From Stegostoma tigrinum (Eukaryota): 64,000 nt of DNA. The stretch is from positions 62,249,414 through 62,313,413 of the forward strand of contig NC_081367.1 of NCBI RefSeq assembly GCF_030684315.1, in the 5' to 3' direction. The position numbers were made by a program, and so were the translations under genes. Below, in pieces: positions 37,351 to 48,590 of this stretch; position 1 is the first letter of the stretch, and the number at the start of each line of letters is the position of its first letter. Below the pieces are notes generated by a model that saw only the letters and a program-made list of their open reading frames with translations, had not been told where the DNA came from and ran no database searches.

Positions 37351-37474
37351 GTTCCTAAAGCTGTTTGCTCTGAAAGTTGCCATGAAGGAACAAGGAAAGC
37401 AGAAAGAAAAGGACACCCCATTTGCTGCTTTGATTGCATTCCATGTGCACAAGGAGAAATTAGCAACACAACTG
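37351..37474 (+). CDS. V2R gene B exon 5
   Basis: [41 protein letters not shown]; 124 nt; GAG acceptor, GTAAGA donor. Confidence 0.9.
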
Positions 37475-37580
37475 GTAAGAAACCGCCGTTGCAAATACCA
37501 TTTCTGCTTAAACTTGATGTTTGCGTGGCTCAGGCGTTAAGATTCCTCGTAGAATGACAAAGTGTTCTGTTGCTTTTTAG

Positions 37581-38509
37581 ATTCCATTCATTGCATAAAG
37601 TGCCCATTGGAATTCAAATCTAATGAAAGACAGGATCAGTGCATCCCAAAGGAAATCGAGTTTCTTTCCTTTTCCGAGGTGATGGGAATCGTTTTGGTGA
37701 CACTGGCGTTGTTTGGAGCCTGCACCACTGTCTCTGTATTCGCAATATTCTACATTCATAGACACACTCCAATTGTTAAAGCTAATAACTCTGAGTTAAG
37801 CTTCCTTCTTCTCTTTGCCCTCATTCTTTGCTTCCTGTGTTCAATCACATTCATTGGTGAACCTTCAGTTTGGTCATGTATGCTCAGCCACGTGGCGTTT
37901 GGTATTGGTTTTGTGCTTTGCATCTCATGTGTATTGAGTAAAACAATAGTGGTGGTGATGGCATTCAAAGCAACGTTTCCTAACAATAATATGATGAAGT
38001 GGTTTGGACCAAGACAACAACGGCTGGTGGTTTACATCCTTACCCTGGTACAATGTGCAATATGTACTGCCTGGTTAATTGTAATTCCACCTCATCCTTT
38101 GAGGAACACTAGCCACTCTAATGAGATAATCGTGTTTGAATGCAATGTAGGATCTTCGTTCGCCTTCTATTGTGTTCTTGGTTATATTGGATTTCTTTCC
38201 TCCGTGTGTTTCGTGGTAGCCTTTTTAGCTCGACAACTTCCAGATAACTTCAATGAAGCTAAGCACATAACGTTTAGTATGCTTATCTTTTGTGCCGTTT
38301 GGATAACTTTCATTCCAGCTTACATAAGTTCGCCAGGGAAATATGCTGTGGCTGTTGAAGTATTTGCTATTTTGGCCTCCAGTTTTGGTCTGCTTATTTG
38401 CATTTTTGCTCCAAAATGTTATATTTTTCTTCTGAATAAAGAAAAGAATACAAAGAGGAACATGATGGGCTCAGAGGCTTCCAAAAAAATGCTTTGGAAA
38501 TGTTCATAA
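37581..38509 (+). CDS. V2R gene B exon 6 (7TM)
   Basis: Acceptor tttttag; complete 7TM ending ...[15 protein letters not shown]. Confidence 0.95.
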
Positions 38510-38535
38510 ATGAAACCCGGCTATTTTCAGAGATA

Positions 38536-38741
38536 GGAGATAATGGGAACTGCAGATGCTGGAGAAAGCAAGATAACAAAGTGTGGAGCTGGATAAACAC
38601 AGCAGGCCCAGCAGCATCTCAGGAGCACAAAAGCTGACGTTTCGGTCTCTGATGAAGGTTCTAGGCCAGAAACGTCAGCTTTTGTGCTCCTGAGATGCCG
38701 CTTGCCCTCCTGTGTTCATCCAGCTTCACACTTTGTTATCT
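38536..38741. mobile_element. Palindromic Penelope pLTR-derived element in the gene B 3' UTR
   Basis: TSD tattttcagagata (38522-38535) / tattttcggagata (38742-38755); variant hammerhead at 38649-38678; absent in gene A. Confidence 0.85.
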
Positions 38742-39504
38742 TATTTTCGGAGATAATTGTTTTTTTTTATCGTAAAGGTAGCGAATGACTATTCCTTGCG
38801 GACAGCCGCAAAGCTGAATGTTTTACTATCACCCATTTTACACGATCGAACGAAGCTACAATGACCAGCGGGAAGTGCAATTTGAATTTTGGTTCTTAAT
38901 TTTTGCGATGTTATACGTCTGTCGGAGTTTTATTTAACCAGAATGAGAAATCGTGCATGACCTGTATGTATTTAAAGATGCTACAAAGTCACTTTTAGTT
39001 TCCTCGTCGTGCCTAGAACTTTTTCATTGCGCAGAATTTTGATTTGAAACTTGCTTTATCAATAAAAATAATCAGTTCTGAAACTTTCTGTTCATGCTTA
39101 CAAAATGGATTGCTCACAACGTTTTCTCAAAACATATTAATAAAAATGCTGCCACTGTGCTAAGCTGATGTGGGTGGTCGCTGGGGGAAGAGTATGGTGA
39201 AGGTGGTGGGAAGAGGGAAATATTTGTAAACTTTGAGAGCACCATTTTGGGGGTACTGAATATTTAGCCTGTTTCAGAATTAGATTTCTATTCATTCCCC
39301 ATAGCAACTCGCTAATTTGCTTCTACTGTTCTCCTGCTGCGTATTTTCTCCCCGAAGTGCTGTAATTCACTGGTACGTTATAAGTTGTGCATTCAAAGAC
39401 TTACTTTTCCAAGCCAGTCCTGGAAAGCCTGTTCTTCATGCAGACTATCACGTATTGCATGCATAGTTTTGCACCTTGTTTGAAATCAACAACGCTTACA
39501 AATT

Positions 39505-39896
39505 AAAACCGAAAGAACTGCGGATGCTGTAAATCAAGAACAAAAACAAAGTTGCTGAAAAAGCTCAGCAGGCCTGGCAGCATCTGTAAAGGCAAGAAAA
39601 GAGTTAACATTTCCGATCCGGTGACCCTTCTTCAGAACTGATGGTGGCTGGGAAAACTTAAGTTTAGATGCAGAAAATAGAGAGTTTGGTGGGGTAGGGT
39701 GTAAAGGATAGGATAGAGACCAAAGAGCGAGAAAGATGGTTGGACATTCGAAGGTGTTGCTAACGATCAGGCTGGGAGGGTGAATATTTGTTAATGGGGA
39801 CTGTTAGTGACTAGCAGCAGGGGGTGTGTAATAGTAGGCTATGTAGTACCAAGGCCCAGTGTGTGGGGTAATGGACTGGGACATGGGAGAGTTGAG
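39505..39896 (-). mobile_element. Penelope (second family) 3' terminus
   Basis: Degenerate hammerhead CTGAAGAAGGGTCACCGGATCGGAAATGTT on the minus strand; TSD-like cttacaaatt / ctcacaaatt. Confidence 0.7.
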
Positions 39897-41329
39897 CTCA
39901 CAAATTGGTGATTTCAACACATTTATCCATTATGGGTGCACTTTATCTACAATATGTCCATTGATATGAATCCTTTTCTTTCTAAGTAAATATGTCAGAA
40001 ATGTTGGTATTTATTCAGTGCAAAATTACAGAAACCGTTACGAAACACAAGATGATTAATTTAGAATTTGATGAGCATTAACATCTTTAATGACGAATGG
40101 AGGTGCTTAATATGGAACTCGTATTTATCTAACATCCTTAGTGTGATTTGAACTGAATTCTGAGTGTGAGGGAGATGGGGAGATACCTGTAGAGTTGTGT
40201 TATATCATGATATTGAGGAAGGTGAGTGGTCCAGGAAAATAGTTGAACGGTCCTTGGCAAATTGCAAATCCTGAGATGGAGGGATGTTACCATGAGAGCT
40301 GGCTTGTGGAATTCTGATGTTGTTACAGGGGATGCTCACACATTTTGTGATCCAGCAGCAGAGAAATAAATTTATCTCTTCCAAGTAGCAGTCACTGCCT
40401 CACTTTGGAGGTCAGGTTTCTCGGCAGCAGAAAAAAAGCCTGACGGCCATGGCTGGAACTGGCAGACAGAAAAATTGCAGCGACTAAACGTTATTTCTAT
40501 ATTTGAATTTCAATCCGTTTTCCGGGTTGTCTGGTATCAAGCCTTTCCAACTTTGATGAATTTATTAGATGCCTTGAAGAATGGAACGAGTGTAGTAAAA
40601 AAATTGGGAAATATTTGATGTGTTAAATGTAGATTTCCATAAACATTACATAAGATAACGTATAAAAGGTTCCTGCACAAGATATGAACTCATTTTGGGA
40701 GTAGCCATTTATTAAAACAAGTATAAAAATGTGATAGGTATGTCATTTCCAGGTTAGAAAATTGGAACTTGATATAGCAGTGATGCTCTTATGGCTATTT
40801 ATAATATATAAATAGTTTGTTTGAAGGGATAGAGTGCGTTGCAGGCTTATTTGTCGATGATGGGAAGACAGGAAAACATTTTTGAGGTGTAAAATGAATG
40901 GGAAGAATATCTACGAAGGGAAATAAGTCAGTTCAGTGAATAGACAAAAATGTTGAATAGTGTCGGTTGTGGAGTTGTTTAACCTCCATCCCTTCAGTAC
41001 GATAAACAGAAAAATAAAACTTGATTTTAAAAAAATGTTTCCCACTTTAGGCAAAGATTAGGAAGAATTCCTTTTCTCAGAGGGCCATGATCTTTGGAAT
41101 TCTCTTTCCAAGAGAATTCTTTCCAAACAGCCCTAGAAGATGAGTCATCAAATATATTCAAGGGCAAGTTTGATTGCTTTTCAGTCCACAATTGAGTTAA
41201 CGCTGTGAGAACAGAGAAGTGTTGTAGAGGCTTCAATCAGATAACCCATTAACTTACTGAGTGATGGAGGAAGATCAACACGGCCTAGTTGAGGGGAAGA
41301 TAATATGCTTTCAGCAGAGTTGAAGGGAA

Positions 41330-42540
41330 GATAGCCATCAATGAGTGGTATAGGACTTCCTGAAATGGAGACTCTGCTGAAGAGTCTGCAGATGGGTGTT
41401 GTACCTTCCACATCCAATTCAGTGCCTAGATGCAGATCATGGGAAAACCATACCACGATAGTTGCTTTCAGATTGGCCATCCGTCAAATCAAGATTGATT
41501 TTCATGTGAAAGTTGACAGTGAGCTTTATGAAGGACATTTTTATTTTGTTGAGCAGAGGTGACCTGTGTGACGATGTACTTGTGAAATTGATATACAACC
41601 AGTTGCGACTTAACAATTTATCACAGCTAACTTCTCCTTTTCACATACTTCTTACCATTTTTGGATCCAGCAAATTTAATGTATCTTTGTCTTCTGTCTG
41701 GACTTGAAACAAGCACTCATTGTTACTTTATTCCAAAGACCCCCAAAATATTTGGAATCTAGAAATGAGTTAGGATTACCACCCCTTGAGGGAAGCAGCA
41801 TTTAATAGAGTGCACTGTTAAGCAACCCAAATAAAATTGAAACCATGGAAAACTTCACAATAGCTATGCTCAACACAAAGTTATTGAAGGAAAAACATAT
41901 TATCACTTGTTCATCAGAAAATCAGACATGGAGTGATAGCCCTGTGGACAGTACCATTTTCAACTACTCAGGCAATGGACCAGTTCATGCCCATATGCAG
42001 ATAAGTTGTGGATATTTTTCAGCTTTAGGAATGTTAAGTGGCAATTAACTTAACTTGGAAGTCACACAAGTACCAAATACTGACATTCTTCCACAAAACA
42101 GGACTCAATCATCACCTCTTGCCTTTAATTTATGTTACTGTTGCTAAATTATCCAGTTTCAACATCCTACATGATATCATTGGCCTGGGAGAAGCCAGAG
42201 AAATATTGTGCTTGTGGATGCTGGAATTTCTGAGTGGAAGAACTCACTCTCTGTTTCATCAGCCAAGGGATACAATTCAGGCTGCTGACGGCAGTGCAAC
42301 TCCCACAGCACCTCAACAAGGACCAAACCAGCTTGGTCATCAAAATGTGAGAAACGTTAAACGTACACTTCAATTTCAGTGCCAGCATTGGGCACCATCT
42401 ATAAGATGCTCTAGAGAAGCATGCAAAGATGCCTCTTTCCAAATCCAGAACTACAACCATCTAGCAGAATAACCATAGCAGGTGCTTGTGAATACCACTA
42501 TCTGAAAGCTCCCCTCTCAACTTCAAACCATCTTAACAGA
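41330..42540 (+). mobile_element. Highly decayed LINE remnants (endonuclease-like and RT/3' end)
   Basis: Weak APE-like and L2/CR1 3' motifs (caccatctataagatgc); absent from unit 1. Confidence 0.45.
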
Positions 42541-44794
42541 GAACAGTTACTTTTCAAAAGAAGACCATTCAACCAGCTGAATCTGAGCCAACCCACGACA
42601 GGAGCAAAAACAACTTTCCTATATATTCACCCATTCTGTCCAACATACGCAAATTAATTTTGAGGTGCTTATCTAATTTCCTTTGGAGGCTACAAATGCA
42701 TTTGCCACTATGACCATATTAACAACAGCATTCTACATTCAAACCAATCCCCCAGCAAGGCATATAATTTCCTGATGTACCATTCAGTATTTTGGAAATA
42801 TATTATTCCTCCTTTACTGTTGATAGTTCATAAATTTAGAGGTTTGTCTGATATTGCAGGCTGTCTGTGTCTACACCAGCAGGAGCAAAGCACCTTAGGA
42901 GAATGATTCACCATCGACTTCTCAAGTATTATTTTGCATGGTGCAAGTCAACTTTCCCTTTGAAATGTAATATTTAGAACATGCTCAGATCCACAGTTGC
43001 TTTGTGGAAAAATTCAATTTTGCTTAGTAAAAGTGGAAGAGTTTGTAATGTCATTTTGCGCTTGTTCATTGATTACTGCACAGCCATTTAAAGCATAAAA
43101 AGACTTGAGTGGATTGCCAGTAAATATGGGAAAAAGTAAGAATAATACTCATTTTTTAAATGAGAGGCAATTAGCTGCACTGCCAAGTATGTTGCTACAA
43201 AACATACATTGGAGACACAGTGAGATGTCAATAACAGTCGGAAGATGGTGCTGTTCACAGAATCCCTCAAGTGCCAAAGCAAGCATTTTGGCCCATTGAG
43301 CCCTCCAAACAGCATCCCACACAGACCCAGATCCACACTCCTTATCCAGTCTATGTAACCCTACATTTTCCATGGCTAATCCACCTAGTTTGCACATCCC
43401 TGGCCACTGCTTGACAGTTCAGTATGGCCAATCCAACTAGCATGCAAATTTTGTACTGTGGGATGGAAATTGGAGCACATGGAGGAAACCCATGCAGACA
43501 TGGGGAGAATATAAAAACTTCACACAGACAGTCTTCTGAGGGTAGAATCAAATCGTGGTTTCTGTTGCTGCAGGGCAGCGATGCTAGGCACTGAGACAGT
43601 GTGTCACCATCTACAAGGAACATAAGAAGAACTTATCGTAATTAGTAGTCAACTAAGGGTTGGAGTCAAAACTCAGAAGTCTTGGGGAGTTCCAAATTTG
43701 GGATAACCACTGGCTGCTTGATGAGGGAAGCTGTGATGTTAGGCAGTTGGATCATGCCTCTGGGCAATGATACTTCAGTGCAGCTGAGAAAATGAGCTTG
43801 AAAGTTTATCAGCAACAGTGTGTGAGTGATGAAACTAAGTGCGGTAGGAGATGGGAGTTAATCTCAAGAGTAGATCTGAATCAGTGAAACTTGCTGTCAT
43901 TAAAGAATGGGAATTATCCTTCTGAATACGTAGTAGAATACAGTCTCTGCAAATAGAAGTATGTGAATCCAGGGGAGCAGTCTGGACCACCAGAACAGTG
44001 CAGTCATTGAGGCAGTCCATGTTGCAGATACTCATAACATAGGGTTTTTTGGTTGGATCACCAGAACTGAAGAATTATAATCCCTTGTAGATCTGCATTA
44101 GAATCTATGACCTACCATGTCATTTATGTATGTGGGCAGTTACTGAGAAATCTATGGGATCTATCTTGCTTGAAATATCCATTTGATGCGTGATATGATT
44201 TGATTCTTTGTTCACTCATTGGACATGAACGTTGCTGTCTGGCCAGTATTTATATCTCATCCCTATTTGTTGTTTAGAATCTGGTGTTTAGCTGTTTTTC
44301 TGTCTGCTGCAGACCATGTATGATCCTGCAGACCAGTCTGTGGTCCCATAATGCCTTCAGAGAGAGTGTATCAGCATTTTGATCACTGTATATATGAAAA
44401 TTTACCAAATGTTAACTCTGTTTATTAAAAGCAAGATGTGCAAATGTTAGATATTGTGTTAACATTTTTGTACAGTAGTCTCATTGTTCCTTCAAAGCCA
44501 CGGCTTCGTTATCTTATAAGTCGCAGGAAATTTTCGCTCAGGCAAAAATATAAACATTACTGATTTCGGAACAGTTCATGGCATGGTTTGATGGTCTCGT
44601 GGTGATAGAGTAGTTTTTTTTGGCAATTCGTGAATATAAAAACCACGAAGACGTTAAGTTGATTCTTTTATGGTTATGTAGCCTGACTGCTGTGCCGTTG
44701 CTTGAAGCTCAGTACAATTGTCATTGGTAAGCCAGACCATTGAATTTCATAATAATTGTTGCTGAAACACATCAATTTGAACTGATGTATAGCA

Positions 44795-45030
44795 TCACAA
44801 AGAGCTGCAGATGCTGGAGATCTGAAACAAACAAAAAAGATGATTTGCTGGAAAGCCTCAGCAAGTCTGGTAGTATCTGAGGAGAAAAAGCAGCGTTAAC
44901 ATTTCGACTCCAGCGACTTCTTTAAGATGGTCAGTTCAGTTCTGAAGATGCCACTGGAGTCGGAACATTTTTTTTTTCTCTTCAAAAATGATTGCAGGCC
45001 TATTGAGTTTCACTCGCACTTTCTGTTTTA
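44795..45030. mobile_element. Degenerate palindromic Penelope-derived element (second family)
   Basis: gctgcagatgctggagatctg... arm and inverted ctgaagatgccactggagtcggaac arm. Confidence 0.6.
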
Positions 45031-45479
45031 ACTTGCGCTGATATTTCTGCTGCAAATCATACGTGAAACACATATCCGTGAATTCCTCAAAGTAATCCTT
45101 CTCAGCGACCCTTCAATGAAAAAGTGTTTCATTTTATAACAGTCTTAGCAGGTACGAGAGCACTTTAGGGCCAATGAAGTGGTTTTGTTTTTGGCCTGCA
45201 GTGACTGTTACAAAATGTCTACGAAAATATTGAATCTGTTAACTGCTAAATCGCAGGAAAAGGGTCATAAAGTTCCCTCTGTTCTTTTCTGCATTGATAA
45301 AAGAATGGTGCAGAGGGCGAGAATTTAGTCTATAGTGCCTGAGACGGCCGTGGGTCCATAGTCCAGCATGAGATCTCACTTCATGACCATGATTTTTTTT
45401 CCCCTTTAAGTACATCAAGAATTCGCTCTGAATAAATCGTAGTGATCTCCATGTTTCTCGAGAGCTCAGGATATGTCAT

Positions 45480-46435
45480 GACATTAAAAGTAATATTAGC
45501 AAATTTGCTGATGGCACAAAGTTGGGTGGCAATGTGAAATATGAGGAGGATGTTATGAGAATATAGGGTGACTTGGACAGGCTAGGTGAGTGGACGGATG
45601 CATGGCAGATGCAGTTTAATGTGAATAAATGTGCGGTTATCCACTTTGGTGGCAAGAACAGGAAGGCAGATTACGATTTCAATGGAGTCAAGTTAGGTAA
45701 AGTGGAAATACAACGAGATCTAGGTGTTCTTGTACATCAGTCAATGAAAGCAAGCATGCAGGTACAGCAGGCAGTGAAGAAAGCTAATAGCATGCTGGCC
45801 TTCATAACAAGAGGAATTGAGTATAGGAGCAAAGAAGTCCTTCTGTAGCTGTACGGGGCCCTGGTGAGACAGGACCTGGAGTATTGTGTGCAGTTTTGGT
45901 CTTCAAATTTGAGGAAGGATATTCTTGCTATTGAGAGAGTGCAGCGTAGGTTCACGAGGTCAATTACCAGAATGGCAGGACTATCATGTGTTGAAAGATT
46001 GGAGCGGCTGGGCTTGCATACACTTGAGTTTAGAAGGATGAGAGGGGATCTGATTGAGGCATATAAGATTAATAAGGGATTGGACACTGTGGAGGCAGGA
46101 AGCATATTTCCGCTGATGGGTGAGTCCAGAACCGGAGGACACAGTTTAAAAATAAGGGGTAGGCCATTTAGAACAGAGTTGAGGAAAAACTTCTTCACCC
46201 AGAGAGTTGTGGATATATGGAATGCTCTGCCCCAGAAGGCAGTGGAGGCCAACTCTCTGGATACTTTCAAGAAAGAGATAGATAGAGGTCTTGAAGATAG
46301 TGGAATCAAGGGTTATGGGGATAAGGCAGGAACAGGATGCTGATTGTGGATGATCAGCCATGATCATAATGAATGGTGATGCTGGCTTGAAGGGCCGAAT
46401 GGCCTACTCCAGCAACTATTATCTATTGTCTATTG
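45480..46435 (+). mobile_element. CR1 LINE 3' portion
   Basis: ISKFADG.KLGG, WQMQFNVNKC, LEYCVQFWS, RRMRGDLIE; tail attatctattgtctattg. Confidence 0.92.
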
Positions 46436-47254
46436 ACTTGCCCGTGTGATAGTTCCGTTGTGGGTTTTGGGGAGGTTGCCCAACCTTTCCAACAATTGGA
46501 ATCAATTCCTATTGAAAGAATTCGGAAAATAGGAAGCTCCAATCGCAGTGACTCTTGCTAATAAAAGATTTTTTTGGCTTTGGGGTCTGTTCACTCTGTT
46601 AACACCTGTATGGCTGGACCATCAGCCAGCCTGGAAATAGTGGGAGAAATTGAACATACTCAGTTTATTCAAGGCTGGAATAATTATTTTAGGAGGAGTT
46701 TTCAGCCTGCACTCCAACTGTCATTTGCTACCGAACCCGAAGCGGTATTGTGTAAAACGTTAGCTGGCAGGAAGTGCTACACTTGCCCCCACAACTCCTC
46801 TCTCACCCCCATCCCAGGCCCCAAGATGACTTTCCATAATAAGCAGAGGTTCACCTGCACATCTGCCAATGTGGTATACTGTATCCATTGTACCCAGTGA
46901 GGCTTCCTCTACATTGGGAAAACCAAGCGAAGGCTTGAGGACCACTTTGCAGAACACCTCCGCTCAGTTCACAATAAACAACTGCACCTCCCAGTCGCGA
47001 ACCATTTCAACTCCCCCTCCCATTCTTTAGATGACATGTCCTCATAGGCCTCCTGCAGTGCCACAATGCTGCCACCCGGAGGTTGCAGGAGCAGCAACTC
47101 ATATTCCACTTGGGAACCCTGCAGCCCAATGGTATCATAGAACATAGAACATAGAACATAACAGCACAGTACAGGCCCTTTGGCCCTCAATGTTGTGCCG
47201 ACCTGTCATACCGATCTCAAGCCCATCTAACTTACACTATTCCATGTATGTCCA

Positions 47255-48590
47255 GAGATAATGGGAACTGCAGATGCTGGAGAATCCAAATGCGAGGCTG
47301 GATGAACACAGCAGGCCAAGCAGCATCACAGGAGCACAAAAGCTGACGTTTCGGGCCTAGACCCTTCATCAGAGAGGGGGATGGGGTGAGGGTTCTGGAA
47401 TAAATAGGGAGAGAGGGGGAGGCGGACCGAAGATGGAGAGAAATAAAGATAGGTGGAGAGAGTATAGGTGGGGAGTTAGGGAGGGGATAGGTCAGTCCAG
47501 GGAAGACGGACAGGTCAAGGAGATGGATGAGGTTAGTAGGTAGATGGGGGTGCGGCTTGGGGTGGGAGGAAGGGATGGGTGAGAGGAAGAACAGGTTAGG
47601 GAGGCAGAGACAGGTTGGACTGGTTTTGGGATGCAGTGGGTGGAGGGGAAGAGCTGGGCTGGTTGTGTGGTGCAGTGGGGGGAGGGGACGAACTGGGCTG
47701 GTTTAGGGATGCAGTAGGGGAAGGGGAGATTTTGAAACTGGTGAAGTCCACATTGATACCATTTGGCTGCAGGGTTCCCAGGCGGAATATGAGTTGCTGT
47801 TCCTGCAGCGTTCGGGTGGCATCATCGTGGCACTGCAGGAGGCTCATGACGGACATGTCATCTAAAGAATGGGAGGGGGAGTGGAAATGGTTTGCGACTG
47901 GGAGGTGCAGTAGTTGGTTGCGAACCGAGCGGAGGTGTTCTGCAAAGCGGTCTCCAAGCCTCCGCTTGGTTTCCCCAATGTAGAGGAAGCCACACCGGGT
48001 ACAGTGGATGCAGTATACCACATTGGCAGATGTGCAGGTGAACCTCTTCTTAATGTGGAATGTCGTCTTGGGGCCTGGGATAGGGGTGAGGGGGGAGGTG
48101 TGGGGGCAAGTGTAGCATTTCCTGCGGTTGCAGGGGATGGTGCCGGGTGTGGTGGGGTTGGAGGGCAGTGTGGAGCAAACAAGGGAGTCACGGAGAGAGT
48201 GGTCTCTCCGGAAAGCAGACAGGGGTGGGGATGGAAAAATGTCTTGCGTGGTGGGGTCGGATTGTAGATGGCGGAAGTGTCGGAGGATGATGCGTTGTAT
48301 CCGGAGGTTGGTGGGGTGGTGTGTGAGAACGAGGCGGATCCTCTTGGGGCGGTTGTGGCAGGGGCGGGGTGTGAGGGACGTGTTGCGGGAAATACGGGAG
48401 ACGCGGTCGAGGGCGTTCTCGATCACTGTGGGGGGAAAGTTGCGGTCCTTGAAGAACTTGGACATCTGGGATGTGCGGGAGTGGAATGTCTTGTCGTGGG
48501 AGCAGATGCGGCGGAGGCGGAGGAATTGGGAATAGGGGATGGAATTTTTGCAGGAGAGTCGGTGGGAGGAGGTGTATTCTAGGTAGAAGG
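47255..48590 (-). mobile_element. Inner Penelope-like element (RT C-terminus + GIY-YIG endonuclease ORF 47596-48465)
   Basis: VVYCIHCTRCGFLYIGETKRRLGDRFAEH...HF...EQQLIFRLGTLQPNGIN; TSD tccatgta(t/c)gtcca at 47241-47254 and 48615-48628. Confidence 0.9.
47343..47372 (-). ncRNA. Minimal type I hammerhead ribozyme motif in the Penelope pLTR
   Basis: Perfect 30-mer about 220 nt downstream of the GIY-YIG ORF stop. Confidence 0.72.

Larger units (their letters stand above)
30588..38509 (+). other. Gene B: intact six-exon V2R/OlfC gene, paralog of gene A, predicted 873 aa
   Basis: Exons 30588-30802, 31352-31643, 34124-34957, 35071-35298, 37351-37474 and 37581-38509 sum to 2622 nt in one open frame. 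Exon 1-5 lengths are identical to gene A. Confidence 0.93.
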
